Positions 16,390-24,287 are shown, counted from the first letter of the stretch. The stretch is 34,196 bases of DNA from an uncultured Candidatus Saccharibacteria bacterium (GCA_964579985.1 CAZOIN010000074.1:1-34196); one strand, 5' to 3'. Numbers and translations: made by a program. Notes: generated from the sequence alone by a model not told the origin.

Positions 16390-16606
16390 ACTGCCAGTGA
16401 TATCGGCAAAGAAATTAGTTCGTTTTCTTGAAGCGAATAGTTTTGTACTTGATCATACGAGTGGAAGTCACTTCATTTTTTATCACCACGCGAGCCGGAG
16501 GCGGGCCGTTGTGCCGAAACATACTCGTGATCTCCCAAAGGGGACCCTACTTTCGATTCTTCGGGAGGCTGGATTTAGCCGCGCTGACCTTCTTCGTTTC
16601 TTTTGA
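16382..16606 (+). CDS. hicA: HicA family mRNA interferase toxin
   Basis: 74 aa with KLVRFLEANSFVLDHTSGSHFIFYH...VVPKHTRDLPKGTLLSILREAG, a typical HicA/YcfA pattern. Confidence 0.85.
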   Translation: MPKLPVISAKKLVRFLEANSFVLDHTSGSHFIFYHHASRRRAVVPKHTRDLPKGTLLSILREAGFSRADLLRFF

Positions 16607-16620
16607 ACACTAATAGTGGT

Positions 16621-16692
16621 GGCTTGGCACAAAAATTGCTAAAGGACGGTGATATGGTGGAGGTGGATGCGAATAAGGGTATAATTACCTAA
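16621..16692 (+). pseudogene. orphan 3'-terminal remnant of a PEP-utilizing-enzyme gene
   Basis: In frame it reads GLAQKLLKDGDMVEVDANKGIIT-stop, against ATKVLKDGDMVEVDANEGVVRILRKA-stop at the end of 13684..16125. Nucleotides 16642..16680 match 16060..16098 at 35 of 39 positions. Confidence 0.75.
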
Positions 16693-16719
16693 AATAATTA
16701 GTCGCTAAACCCAAAATAT

Positions 16720-17535
16720 ATGTCAGAACCAGAGTTTTTCTTTACACGACATAGCAAGTCAAGTTATGCAGAGTATGAAAAAACAATGAAAGGAGGGAAC
16801 CCCCAAGCTCCTTTTGAACATACTCAGCAGGAAGAATCGGATTTGACTGAAGCCGGAATTAAAATGGCAGTTGAAAAAGCGAAAGAATTTTTTGGTCGCC
16901 TGAACCCGAAAACCGACCAATTATTTTTTGTTACCAGCAACGAAGCTCGCGCAATAGGAACCGCGAACATATATAGGCGGGAGGCTAAATCAAGAGGCTT
17001 TGAAATCATCCGGCCGGAACATAGTAGAAGCCCTCTTGCGGAAAAAGAGGGTGAGGGGGAACTGAGAATTCTAGAGACACTATCACTTAATTCTGAAAAC
17101 ACCCTACGGTTTCAGGTTTTCGGTTCATCGGAACCGAAGGTAAATTGGGGAAATGTAGACGATGCATTTAAACAGAAGTGGCGGGAAGCGAGAAAAATTA
17201 TTGACGGGAACAACAAAGGTTCATGGGGAGCGAATTTCGCCGCTCACTCGGAGGAAATAAGTAAGATTTTTCCTGGTATTGAAACTGCAGAGGATTTTTA
17301 TCGTACGAAATTTAGAAATATGCTACGTCTTATCAAGTGGGCTGATAAAAAGGCAATACCCAAAGAGGACAAACAGATCAAGATTTTAGGATTCGGACAC
17401 GAAGATTACATGGTTAAATTTTTAGAGGATGAGTTTAAGCAAGAAGGGATACTAAATTGTGAAACGGTTCAGTTCTCACTGGATGAACTAAAGAATATAC
17501 ATGCGACCGCACGTAACAAAACAGAGCAACTGTAA
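16720..17535 (+). CDS. histidine phosphatase superfamily protein (phosphoglycerate-mutase-like branch)
   Basis: FFFTRHSKS is a variant of the RHG motif. Also LTEAGIKMA, TSNEARAIGTA, and the second catalytic His in ILGFGHEDYM. Confidence 0.65.
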   Translation: MSEPEFFFTRHSKSSYAEYEKTMKGGNPQAPFEHTQQEESDLTEAGIKMAVEKAKEFFGRLNPKTDQLFFVTSNEARAIGTANIYRREAKSRGFEIIRPEHSRSPLAEKEGEGELRILETLSLNSENTLRFQVFGSSEPKVNWGNVDDAFKQKWREARKIIDGNNKGSWGANFAAHSEEISKIFPGIETAEDFYRTKFRNMLRLIKWADKKAIPKEDKQIKILGFGHEDYMVKFLEDEFKQEGILNCETVQFSLDELKNIHATARNKTEQL

Positions 17536-17692
17536 TGGAGAATTATACCGAAGGCGGGACCTCAACATTACATGTTCAGTACCCCAATTGGTTTTTCTGT
17601 TCGTGCGGATACCCTAGAAAAAGCTCAATCGGGCTTCACGTCTCACACGGAAGCATCTCACGCTTCCTCTCCCCATCTCGCTTCGCTCAATG

Positions 17693-17774
17693 CCGGGGGA
17701 GAGACTCGAACTCTCAAACCTTTCGGTGCACGATTTTGAGTCGTGTGCGGTTACCAATTTCGCCACCCCGGCGT
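17693..17774 (-). tRNA. tRNA-Leu (anticodon CAA)
   Basis: Acceptor GCCGGGG/CCCCGGC; anticodon stem CACGA/TCGTG with loop CTCAAAA. Long variable arm and T arm GAGAG-TTCGAGT-CTCTC. Confidence 0.9.
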
Positions 17775-17817
17775 CCACACAATTTACAACAAAAAGCAGT
17801 GCACAGCAAATGAACTT

Positions 17818-17844
17818 TGCACGAATTTCTCGTGTGATACAATT
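17818..17844 (+). promoter_or_regulatory. candidate promoter TTGCAC-15-TGaTACAAT upstream of parB
   Basis: -35 at 17818..17823; extended -10 TGATACAAT at 17836..17844. It would give a leader of about 135 nt containing the 16-bp palindrome and a second hairpin. Confidence 0.45.
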
Positions 17845-17874
17845 AACTCAATTATTTAAACACCACCCCTCCTA

Positions 17875-17890
17875 TCCGCCAGCTGGCGGA
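17875..17890. repeat. 16-bp perfect palindrome TCCGCCAGCTGGCGGA (copy 2), 95 bp upstream of parB
   Basis: Perfect dyad, identical to 4698..4713. A second hairpin, ctcccctca-ac-tgaggggag, follows at 17891..17910. Confidence 0.9.
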
Positions 17891-17984
17891 CTCCCCTCAA
17901 CTGAGGGGAGGAGGAAGATGGGAGGCTTCGGATTTGTAGGTATTCGTAGATTAGTTTTCATTAGCAGATTGGTACTTTATTGAT

Positions 17985-19013
17985 ATGCCCTCGCAATTTG
18001 TAAACAATGCCGTATTTTGGGTGGATGTCGAGAAGATTAAGCCCAACCCGTATCAGCCTCGGCGTGAATTTGATGAGGGGAAACTCTCCGAGCTTGCCGA
18101 ATCTATCCGCATGTATGGCGTGCTCCAGCCGCTTGTCGTAACTCGAAAGGAGATTCAGAAAGAGGACGGAGGCCTTGCGACGGAATACGAGCTTATTTCA
18201 GGAGAACGTCGTCTTCGGGCGACCCGCCTCGCAGGGATCGGGCAGGTACCGGTGCTCATACGGCAGGGTGAAGAAAACGATCGTGAGAAGCTTGAACTTG
18301 CGATTATCGAAAACCTTCAGCGCGAGGACCTGAATTCCGTCGACCGCGCACGCGCGTTTAGGCGTCTCGTCGATGAATTCGGTTTTAAACACGCGGAGAT
18401 CGGGAAAAAAGTGGGGAAGAGTCGTGAATACGTCTCGAATACACTCCGCATCCTCGATCTTCCCGAGGAGATGCTCGCCGCGCTTGCTGCGGGGAAGATC
18501 AATGAGGGTCATACGCGCCCGCTCCTGATGCTCGCTACTCGGCCACAGGAGCAATCTACGCTCTTCAAGGAGATCATGTACAAAAAGGTGACGGTTCGCG
18601 AAGCAGAAGGCATCGCGCGGCGCATCGCCTATGATCGCGCGCGCAAAAAGGAATTCATAGTTGATCCGGAACTCGTGGCGCTCGAGGAAAAGTTGCGCGA
18701 GCAACTTGGGACGCGCGTAAAGATCGAGCGAACCGAAGCCGGGGGCAAGATACTCATTGATTTTTTCTCGAACGAAGACCTGCGCATGTTGCTCGGACTC
18801 ATGGAGACGAACAAGACGAAGAACCCGAGTGAAATGCTCGACCGGCATATCGCATCAGTTGATGCGGCGGCTCCGGTGCAAGTGGAGAGCACTCCCCTTA
18901 CTCCCCCTGCTGAAGAGGGAGGAGGGGCCGAAACGCTCGACGACCGCGCTCCGCAGGAAAAAGCCGCGGAAGAAAACGAAGACCTCTACTCCGTCAAGAA
19001 TTTCAGCATATAA
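17985..19013 (+). CDS. parB: ParB/Spo0J family partition protein
   Basis: N-terminal ParB box ISGERRLRA, plus LQREDLN and the HTH EIGKKVGKSREYVSNTLRIL. Acidic, low-complexity C-terminal tail. No parA is adjacent. Confidence 0.9.
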   Translation: MPSQFVNNAVFWVDVEKIKPNPYQPRREFDEGKLSELAESIRMYGVLQPLVVTRKEIQKEDGGLATEYELISGERRLRATRLAGIGQVPVLIRQGEENDREKLELAIIENLQREDLNSVDRARAFRRLVDEFGFKHAEIGKKVGKSREYVSNTLRILDLPEEMLAALAAGKINEGHTRPLLMLATRPQEQSTLFKEIMYKKVTVREAEGIARRIAYDRARKKEFIVDPELVALEEKLREQLGTRVKIERTEAGGKILIDFFSNEDLRMLLGLMETNKTKNPSEMLDRHIASVDAAAPVQVESTPLTPPAEEGGGAETLDDRAPQEKAAEENEDLYSVKNFSI

Positions 19014-19120
19014 TGCGAATCAACGAATTCATTCAAATATCCGAATAATTGCGAATCAGAAGGCCTCATTCTTATTCGTAGTTATTCGTTGATTCGTTCT
19101 CACTCGAATATTCGCATTAT
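19010..19120. repeat. about 110-bp dyad of CGAAT/ATTCG words between convergent parB and rel
   Basis: The outer arms ataatgcgaat (19010..19020) and attcgcattat (19110..19120) are perfectly complementary, and each contains one gene's TAA stop. Four CGAAT words on the left face four ATTCG words on the right, with the centre at aggcct (19061..19066). Confidence 0.8.
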
Positions 19121-20643
19121 AGCTTAAGCTTCTGCAGAGCATTGCGTATATGTTTTTTTGCGACACTTGTTTTTGCAATACTGACCCATTTTGACGTAGG
19201 GCGCGCTCCGCTCTTAGTAAGGATCTCCACGATATCGCCATTGTGCAAACTCGTATCGATCGATACGAGCTTCCCATTCACCTTTGCCCCTACAAGGTGG
19301 TCTCCGATGTCCGAATGGATCGCGTAGGCAAAATCAATGGGAGAGGAATTAGTGGGAAGGTCCACGACGTCCCCTTTGGGCGTAAAGATAAAAATGCGGT
19401 TCTTGAAAAAGTCTTCTCGGAGATGTTCCCAGAATTCTTGTTCTCCCATCGTCGAATCAAGATCGCCGAGCTCCCGTACCCACGCCGGAACGCCGCTCCC
19501 CACATCTTCGACGTGGAGAACCGATTTCCCTTTCTCCGATCGGCTTATGCCGCGCCACGACATAGACATAAGAGAGCTAAACAACCCCTTTTTCCGCCCA
19601 CGCTTTTCCATTTTTTCCTGCTCTTTGTAGTCGGCATGGAGTGCGGCACCATATTCCGACTCACGGTGCATTTCTTCGGTTCTGATCTGGATCTCGACAA
19701 CGCCTCCGTCGCCGGTAAAGACAGTCGTGTGAAGCGAGCGATAGCCGTTGGGTTTGGGAAAGGCGATATAGTCTTTGATGCGTCCGGGAAGCGGACGCCA
19801 GATGCCGTGAATGGCTCCGAGCGCAAGGTAGCAGTCCTCGACACTCCTTACCATAATTCGTATGGCGAGAATGTCGTAAATCTTCTCGAAATCCCAATCT
19901 CGGTTCCGAAGCTTCGCGTAGAGGCTATAGTGTCCTTTTAGCCGCTCATTCGTCGAAATGATCGGCACACTCTGACGCATCAGGCCCCGGAGCAGTGATT
20001 TGTGGAACTTATCCAGTTTTTTCAGAAGCTCTCGTTTCTTTTCACTCACCAGATTTTTCACGCGCTCGAATTCTTCTGGATACGCGAACGGGAAGGAAAG
20101 CTCTTCAAGTTCACGGTTTATTTTGCGGATACCAAGACGATAGGCGATAGGCGCGTAGATCTCAAGCGTTTCTTTGGCGATGCGGAGCTGTTTTACTTTT
20201 GGCACATGCTGCAGTGTCCGCATGTTGTGGAGTCGATCGCAGAGTTTGATGATGAGAACGCGGAGGTCCTTAGAGCTCGCGATGAATAGACGCCGCATGC
20301 TCTCCGAGTAGCGATCTACGCCGCGATAGCGGAGGTGTCCGAGCTTGGTAACGCCCTCGACCAGCATGAGCACATCGTCTCCAAATTCCTCCCGTATCAT
20401 TTCCGGTTGGATATTCACGTCTTCGATGCAATCATGGAGGAGTCCGGTAGCAATCGCGGCAGCGTCAGCACCGAGTTCAGCTATGAGCTTTGCCGTTTCA
20501 AAAAGGTGGATAAAGTACGCTTCGCCCGAATAGCGTTTGTGATCTTTGTGCGCGGTTTCTGCGAATGTATAGGCCTTGCCGATCAGGGCAAGATCCTTCT
20601 CGGACGGATTCCTCATTAAGTCGGTGATGTCACCTGCAATCAT
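19117..20643 (-). CDS. rel: RelA/SpoT homolog: (p)ppGpp hydrolase, synthetase and TGS domains, no C-terminal ACT/RRM region
   Basis: HD domain: HKDHKRYSGEAYFIHL and LLHDCIEDV. Synthetase: RIKDYIAFPKPNGYRSLHTTV and VEIQIRTEEMH. TGS: IFIFTPKGDVVDLPTNSSPIDFAYAIHSDIGDH. The protein ends at 508 aa. Confidence 0.9.
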   Translation of the reverse strand: MIAGDITDLMRNPSEKDLALIGKAYTFAETAHKDHKRYSGEAYFIHLFETAKLIAELGADAAAIATGLLHDCIEDVNIQPEMIREEFGDDVLMLVEGVTKLGHLRYRGVDRYSESMRRLFIASSKDLRVLIIKLCDRLHNMRTLQHVPKVKQLRIAKETLEIYAPIAYRLGIRKINRELEELSFPFAYPEEFERVKNLVSEKKRELLKKLDKFHKSLLRGLMRQSVPIISTNERLKGHYSLYAKLRNRDWDFEKIYDILAIRIMVRSVEDCYLALGAIHGIWRPLPGRIKDYIAFPKPNGYRSLHTTVFTGDGGVVEIQIRTEEMHRESEYGAALHADYKEQEKMEKRGRKKGLFSSLMSMSWRGISRSEKGKSVLHVEDVGSGVPAWVRELGDLDSTMGEQEFWEHLREDFFKNRIFIFTPKGDVVDLPTNSSPIDFAYAIHSDIGDHLVGAKVNGKLVSIDTSLHNGDIVEILTKSGARPTSKWVSIAKTSVAKKHIRNALQKLKL

Positions 20644-20687
20644 AGAGCCATACTACTAAACCTTTGCGAAAAACAAAACTCAATACT

Positions 20688-20729
20688 CCGAGCATCAGAT
20701 CCTCGGAGCTCCGAGGATCTGATGCTCGG
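20688..20729. repeat. 42-bp perfect palindrome (probable topA terminator hairpin)
   Basis: ccgagcatcagatcctcggag | ctccgaggatctgatgctcgg, with 21-bp arms and no mismatch. On the minus strand a T-rich tract follows (agtattgagttttgttttt). Confidence 0.85.
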
Positions 20730-20757
20730 TCTGCGGGAGCAAGGTGGAGGTTAGAGA

Positions 20758-23034
20758 CTAGAGAGCTTTTTTCTTCTTGAAGCCGCGAGTCTTTTTTTCT
20801 TGCGCAAGCATTTCAAGGGCGCGGGGAAGCTCTACGGTATACACATCGTCGGGTGGCTTGATTGAACGGAAGTCGCCGTCATGCACGATGTACGGTCCGA
20901 AGCGGCCCATATTCGCACTAATCTCCTTGCCGGTAGTGGGGTGAACTCCGAGCACGCGCGGGAGCGAGAGGAACCGAAGCGCGTCCACAAGCGTTAGTTT
21001 GGAAACGTCAAAAGCACGTGGAACGCTCGCGCGGCGGGGTTTTCCGGAAGCTGGCAGACCCTCTTTCTTGGCCGTCCCTTTTTCCCTAGGTCCGCCTTTG
21101 GCGGACCGGGCAACCGAATCCTTTGGATTCGGTTTAGCAACTTTTCCCACCTGGACATAAAAGCCGAATCGTCCATTAAGCAGATACACATCCTCTCCGG
21201 TTTGCGGATACTTTCCAATGGGTTCGTCGGGCTTTATCTCAAGGCCTTCGGCGGTGAGCGCGCCTATGCAGTCTGGAAAGCGTGCGCAGGAAAGGAATTT
21301 TCCACCCCGACCAAGTTTCCACACCATTCCCGCGCCGCAAAGCGGGCACTTGAATTCTTTCGGCGCTTCACCAAGGGTCGTTGCCTTGTCGAGTTTTTCT
21401 TTCGACTTCACATCTTTGCGGAACGGGGTGTAGAAATCTTTGAGCGTTTTTTCATATTCGCGCGTGCCTAAGGCGATATCGTCAAGTTTGTCTTCCATGT
21501 CCGCGGTAAAGGTGTCGCTGATATAGGAAGCGAAGTGCTCTTCGAGGAATCCGCTCACTACCAACCCCGTGTCGGTCGGCTTAAGGGAACGATTTTCGCG
21601 CGTGACATATTCTCGATCAACGAGCGTTTCCATGATAGAAGCATATGTGGAAGGCCGGCCGATGCCGCGCTTTTCGAGCTCCTTGATAAGGCCCGCTTCG
21701 CTGTAGCGGGGCAGCGGCTGAGTTTGCTTTTCCTCGGTTCCAAGGTTAAGAAGCTTAAGTGGATCGCTCTTTGCCACCTTCGGAAGCTCGACATCCTCGC
21801 CACGCGCCTCGGGATCGGCGAGAAGCCATCCTTGGTAGGTAAGACGCACCCCATGTGCGGAAAAGTTAGGAATCGCTCCCCCCGCGACATTCGCCGTGAT
21901 CTTGGTGCGAAGCATCTCGGCATCGGGCATCTGCGAGGACACCGTGCGTTTCCAGATAAGCTCGTAAAGTCTTTTCTGTTCAGGGTTGATACCGGCGTTT
22001 TCTTTCGAAAGGTTTGTCGGACGGATGGCTTCATGCGCTTCCTGCGCGTTCTTCACTTTGCCGGCATACGCGCGGAGCGAGACGAATTCTTTTCCAAATT
22101 TCTTTTCAATAACCGATGCGATCTGCCTCTTGGCGGATTCGGCGAGATTGGTAGAGTCGGTGCGCATGTAGGTAATGAGTCCGGCTTCGTAGAGTTTTTG
22201 AGCGACACCCATGGTGCGTCTCGGTGAGAAATTAAGACGAGTAGAAGCGACCTGTTGAAGCGTAGACGTGATGAAAGGCGCCTTCGGCGAGCGCTTGACG
22301 CTGGTCTCGGTGAGGTCCGTCACGCTCCAGCTTCCCCTGTTTCCCGCTTCAACGATTTTTTCAACAACTTTTTTATCGCGCGGTTCTTCGCTGCAGGTGA
22401 GCAGGAGCTTTTCTTTCTTTTTGGTTTCGGTGTCGGCGGTGATCACCCAAAAGATTTCCGGCTTAAAGCCTCTGATTTCCCGTTCGCGTTCCGCGAGTAT
22501 GCGGAGCGCGGGCGATTGCACGCGGCCGGCCGAAAGGCCATAGCGCACCTTTTTCCAAATGATGCCTGAAAGGTCATAGCCGACCAGACGGTCGAGTACA
22601 CGACGAGCTTCTTGAGCGCGGCGAAGATTCTGATCTATATCACGCGGATGCTTGATCGCTTCTTCCACGGCCTCTTTGGTGATCTCGTGATACACCGCGC
22701 GCCTAATGGGTGGATGGTTCTTGCCCAGCTTTTCTTTGATGATCTCGGCAAGGTGCCAGGCAATGGCCTCGCCTTCGCGATCGGGGTCAGTCGCCAGAAT
22801 GATTTCATCCGCCTTCTTTGCGGCCGCAGTAATCTCCGCAACCACCTCTTCCTTCCTATTCACAACCTCGTAGTGCGGGATAAAACCGCCTTCGATGTCG
22901 AGGGCGTTCTTGTTGCTTTTGGGAAGGTCGCGCACATGTCCTATGGACGCCTTGACGACGTAGTCTTCCCCTAAATATTTTCCGATTGTCTTGGCCTTTG
23001 AGGGCGACTCGACGATGAGTAGTTTGTGCGACAT
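20758..23034 (-). CDS. topA: DNA topoisomerase I
   Basis: Toprim N-terminus LLIVESPSKAKTIGKYLG and active-site Tyr block GLITYMRTDS. One zinc ribbon (CPLCGAGMVWKLGRGGKFLSCARFPDC), then C-terminal GRFGFY/GRFGPY repeats. Confidence 0.93.
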   Translation of the reverse strand: MSHKLLIVESPSKAKTIGKYLGEDYVVKASIGHVRDLPKSNKNALDIEGGFIPHYEVVNRKEEVVAEITAAAKKADEIILATDPDREGEAIAWHLAEIIKEKLGKNHPPIRRAVYHEITKEAVEEAIKHPRDIDQNLRRAQEARRVLDRLVGYDLSGIIWKKVRYGLSAGRVQSPALRILAEREREIRGFKPEIFWVITADTETKKKEKLLLTCSEEPRDKKVVEKIVEAGNRGSWSVTDLTETSVKRSPKAPFITSTLQQVASTRLNFSPRRTMGVAQKLYEAGLITYMRTDSTNLAESAKRQIASVIEKKFGKEFVSLRAYAGKVKNAQEAHEAIRPTNLSKENAGINPEQKRLYELIWKRTVSSQMPDAEMLRTKITANVAGGAIPNFSAHGVRLTYQGWLLADPEARGEDVELPKVAKSDPLKLLNLGTEEKQTQPLPRYSEAGLIKELEKRGIGRPSTYASIMETLVDREYVTRENRSLKPTDTGLVVSGFLEEHFASYISDTFTADMEDKLDDIALGTREYEKTLKDFYTPFRKDVKSKEKLDKATTLGEAPKEFKCPLCGAGMVWKLGRGGKFLSCARFPDCIGALTAEGLEIKPDEPIGKYPQTGEDVYLLNGRFGFYVQVGKVAKPNPKDSVARSAKGGPREKGTAKKEGLPASGKPRRASVPRAFDVSKLTLVDALRFLSLPRVLGVHPTTGKEISANMGRFGPYIVHDGDFRSIKPPDDVYTVELPRALEMLAQEKKTRGFKKKKAL

Positions 23035-23246
23035 TGACAGTGAGTATTGTTTACCCTGCTAAAAATTCTACAGAATCAGATCGGGTGACAGGTGTAAGAG
23101 TTGCACAGATTTATTTGAGAAGCAAGAAAAGGTGCATGAACTGAAGATTTCTGACGGGGGCACGAAAAGAATTTCAAATGCAAATTTGTGTACAAACCTC
23201 GCGTCTTCCTTTAGTATGGTTTTGAATCAACACAGAAAGGTCTTAT

Positions 23247-24269
23247 ATGAACAAACAAGCGCTAGTTGTCGGTTTCGGAATGATCGGTCGCCCGCTGTGT
23301 CAGGCTCTTTTACAAAATGGATGGGAAGTCGCCTACGTCCTTACGTCACGAGGAATATTCAGGCTCCACGCTGGAGAATTGGAAGGATGGGTCGGAGAGC
23401 TTCAAGAGTACGAACGAATCCTCAGTGAGGTCTCGGTTGTGTGCCTCGCTCTTTCAGCGGCTGATAACGGCGTGCTGGAATATGGCTACATGCTCCCGGC
23501 ATTAAAGCAGGGAAAGATCGTCATCACCTGCGCGAAACGCGCTTTGGCGAATTATCTCGACCTGTATCCGTACGCCACGGCAGAGCGACCGATCCTCGGT
23601 CTTGACGCAACGGTTGGCGGCAACAGCGGGATACTTCAACATTTGCGCAATCGCATCAATCCAAAACTTGCCGTAGAGATGCATTTCGTGATCAACGCAT
23701 CAATGAATTGCTTCATGTTCGAACTTGCAGAGGGTGGAAATTCTCCTTCTGCGGCCATGGAAGAAGTGCGTCGTCGCGGACTCGCGGAACCGATTAAGCA
23801 AAAGGGCAAGTTCGCTCCGTTTTTTGCTGGAGAAGTGAACGACACGATGTTTAAAACCAGTATCCTCATAAATTACTGCAGATTATTGTCAGTGCCCCGC
23901 ATGATGATGCAGGACTGGGTTGTACGGCATCTGGGTGAAGAAGCACTACAGAGACTTTTTCGAAGTCGAGATCGCCGCTATATCGTCTCCATTTTCTCCG
24001 GAGACGCACCGGATGAGGATGTTATCGGCGGGTTTACGCATACGATCGTTGCCGAAGGAAATAAGTTATCGATCTCGGCGGGATTTAAGCTGGTGAGTCA
24101 GGAGCCGTACGCTCGCATGAAAATCCCGGGAGCACTAAACGCCGCGTTCACTATCGAGGGTCCCGGCGGAGCCCACGGAACTTCGTATATTGAAGGCGTC
24201 GGCGCAGGTCCGGGTCCTACCGTAGCCGCGCTCATCCAGAATCTGAATCGTCTTGCCGGAACAATGTAA
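23247..24269 (+). CDS. homoserine dehydrogenase-like oxidoreductase (divergent, no ACT domain)
   Basis: Rossmann motif VVGFGMIGR, plus ITCAKRA (compare TANK) and GLDATVGGNSGIL. Also FVINASMNCF (compare ILNGTTNY), GLAEP...GEVNDTMFKTSIL (D-x3-K block) and GVGAGPGPTVAALIQNL. The RBS-like GAAAGG lies 7 nt upstream. Confidence 0.6.
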   Translation: MNKQALVVGFGMIGRPLCQALLQNGWEVAYVLTSRGIFRLHAGELEGWVGELQEYERILSEVSVVCLALSAADNGVLEYGYMLPALKQGKIVITCAKRALANYLDLYPYATAERPILGLDATVGGNSGILQHLRNRINPKLAVEMHFVINASMNCFMFELAEGGNSPSAAMEEVRRRGLAEPIKQKGKFAPFFAGEVNDTMFKTSILINYCRLLSVPRMMMQDWVVRHLGEEALQRLFRSRDRRYIVSIFSGDAPDEDVIGGFTHTIVAEGNKLSISAGFKLVSQEPYARMKIPGALNAAFTIEGPGGAHGTSYIEGVGAGPGPTVAALIQNLNRLAGTM

Positions 24270-24287
24270 TCTTCCGGTATCGAAAAA

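Noticed and set aside
17535-17813. 92-aa plus-strand ORF
   Set aside because: It reads through tRNA-Leu(CAA) on the opposite strand, and its composition is implausible.
18198-18848. 216-aa minus-strand ORF
   Set aside because: Antisense to parB.
19243-19941. 232-aa plus-strand ORF
   Set aside because: Antisense shadow of rel.
21535-22227. 230-aa plus-strand ORF (and 21558..22034 on the minus strand)
   Set aside because: They lie inside topA, either on the opposite strand or in a different frame. topA motifs are continuous across this region.
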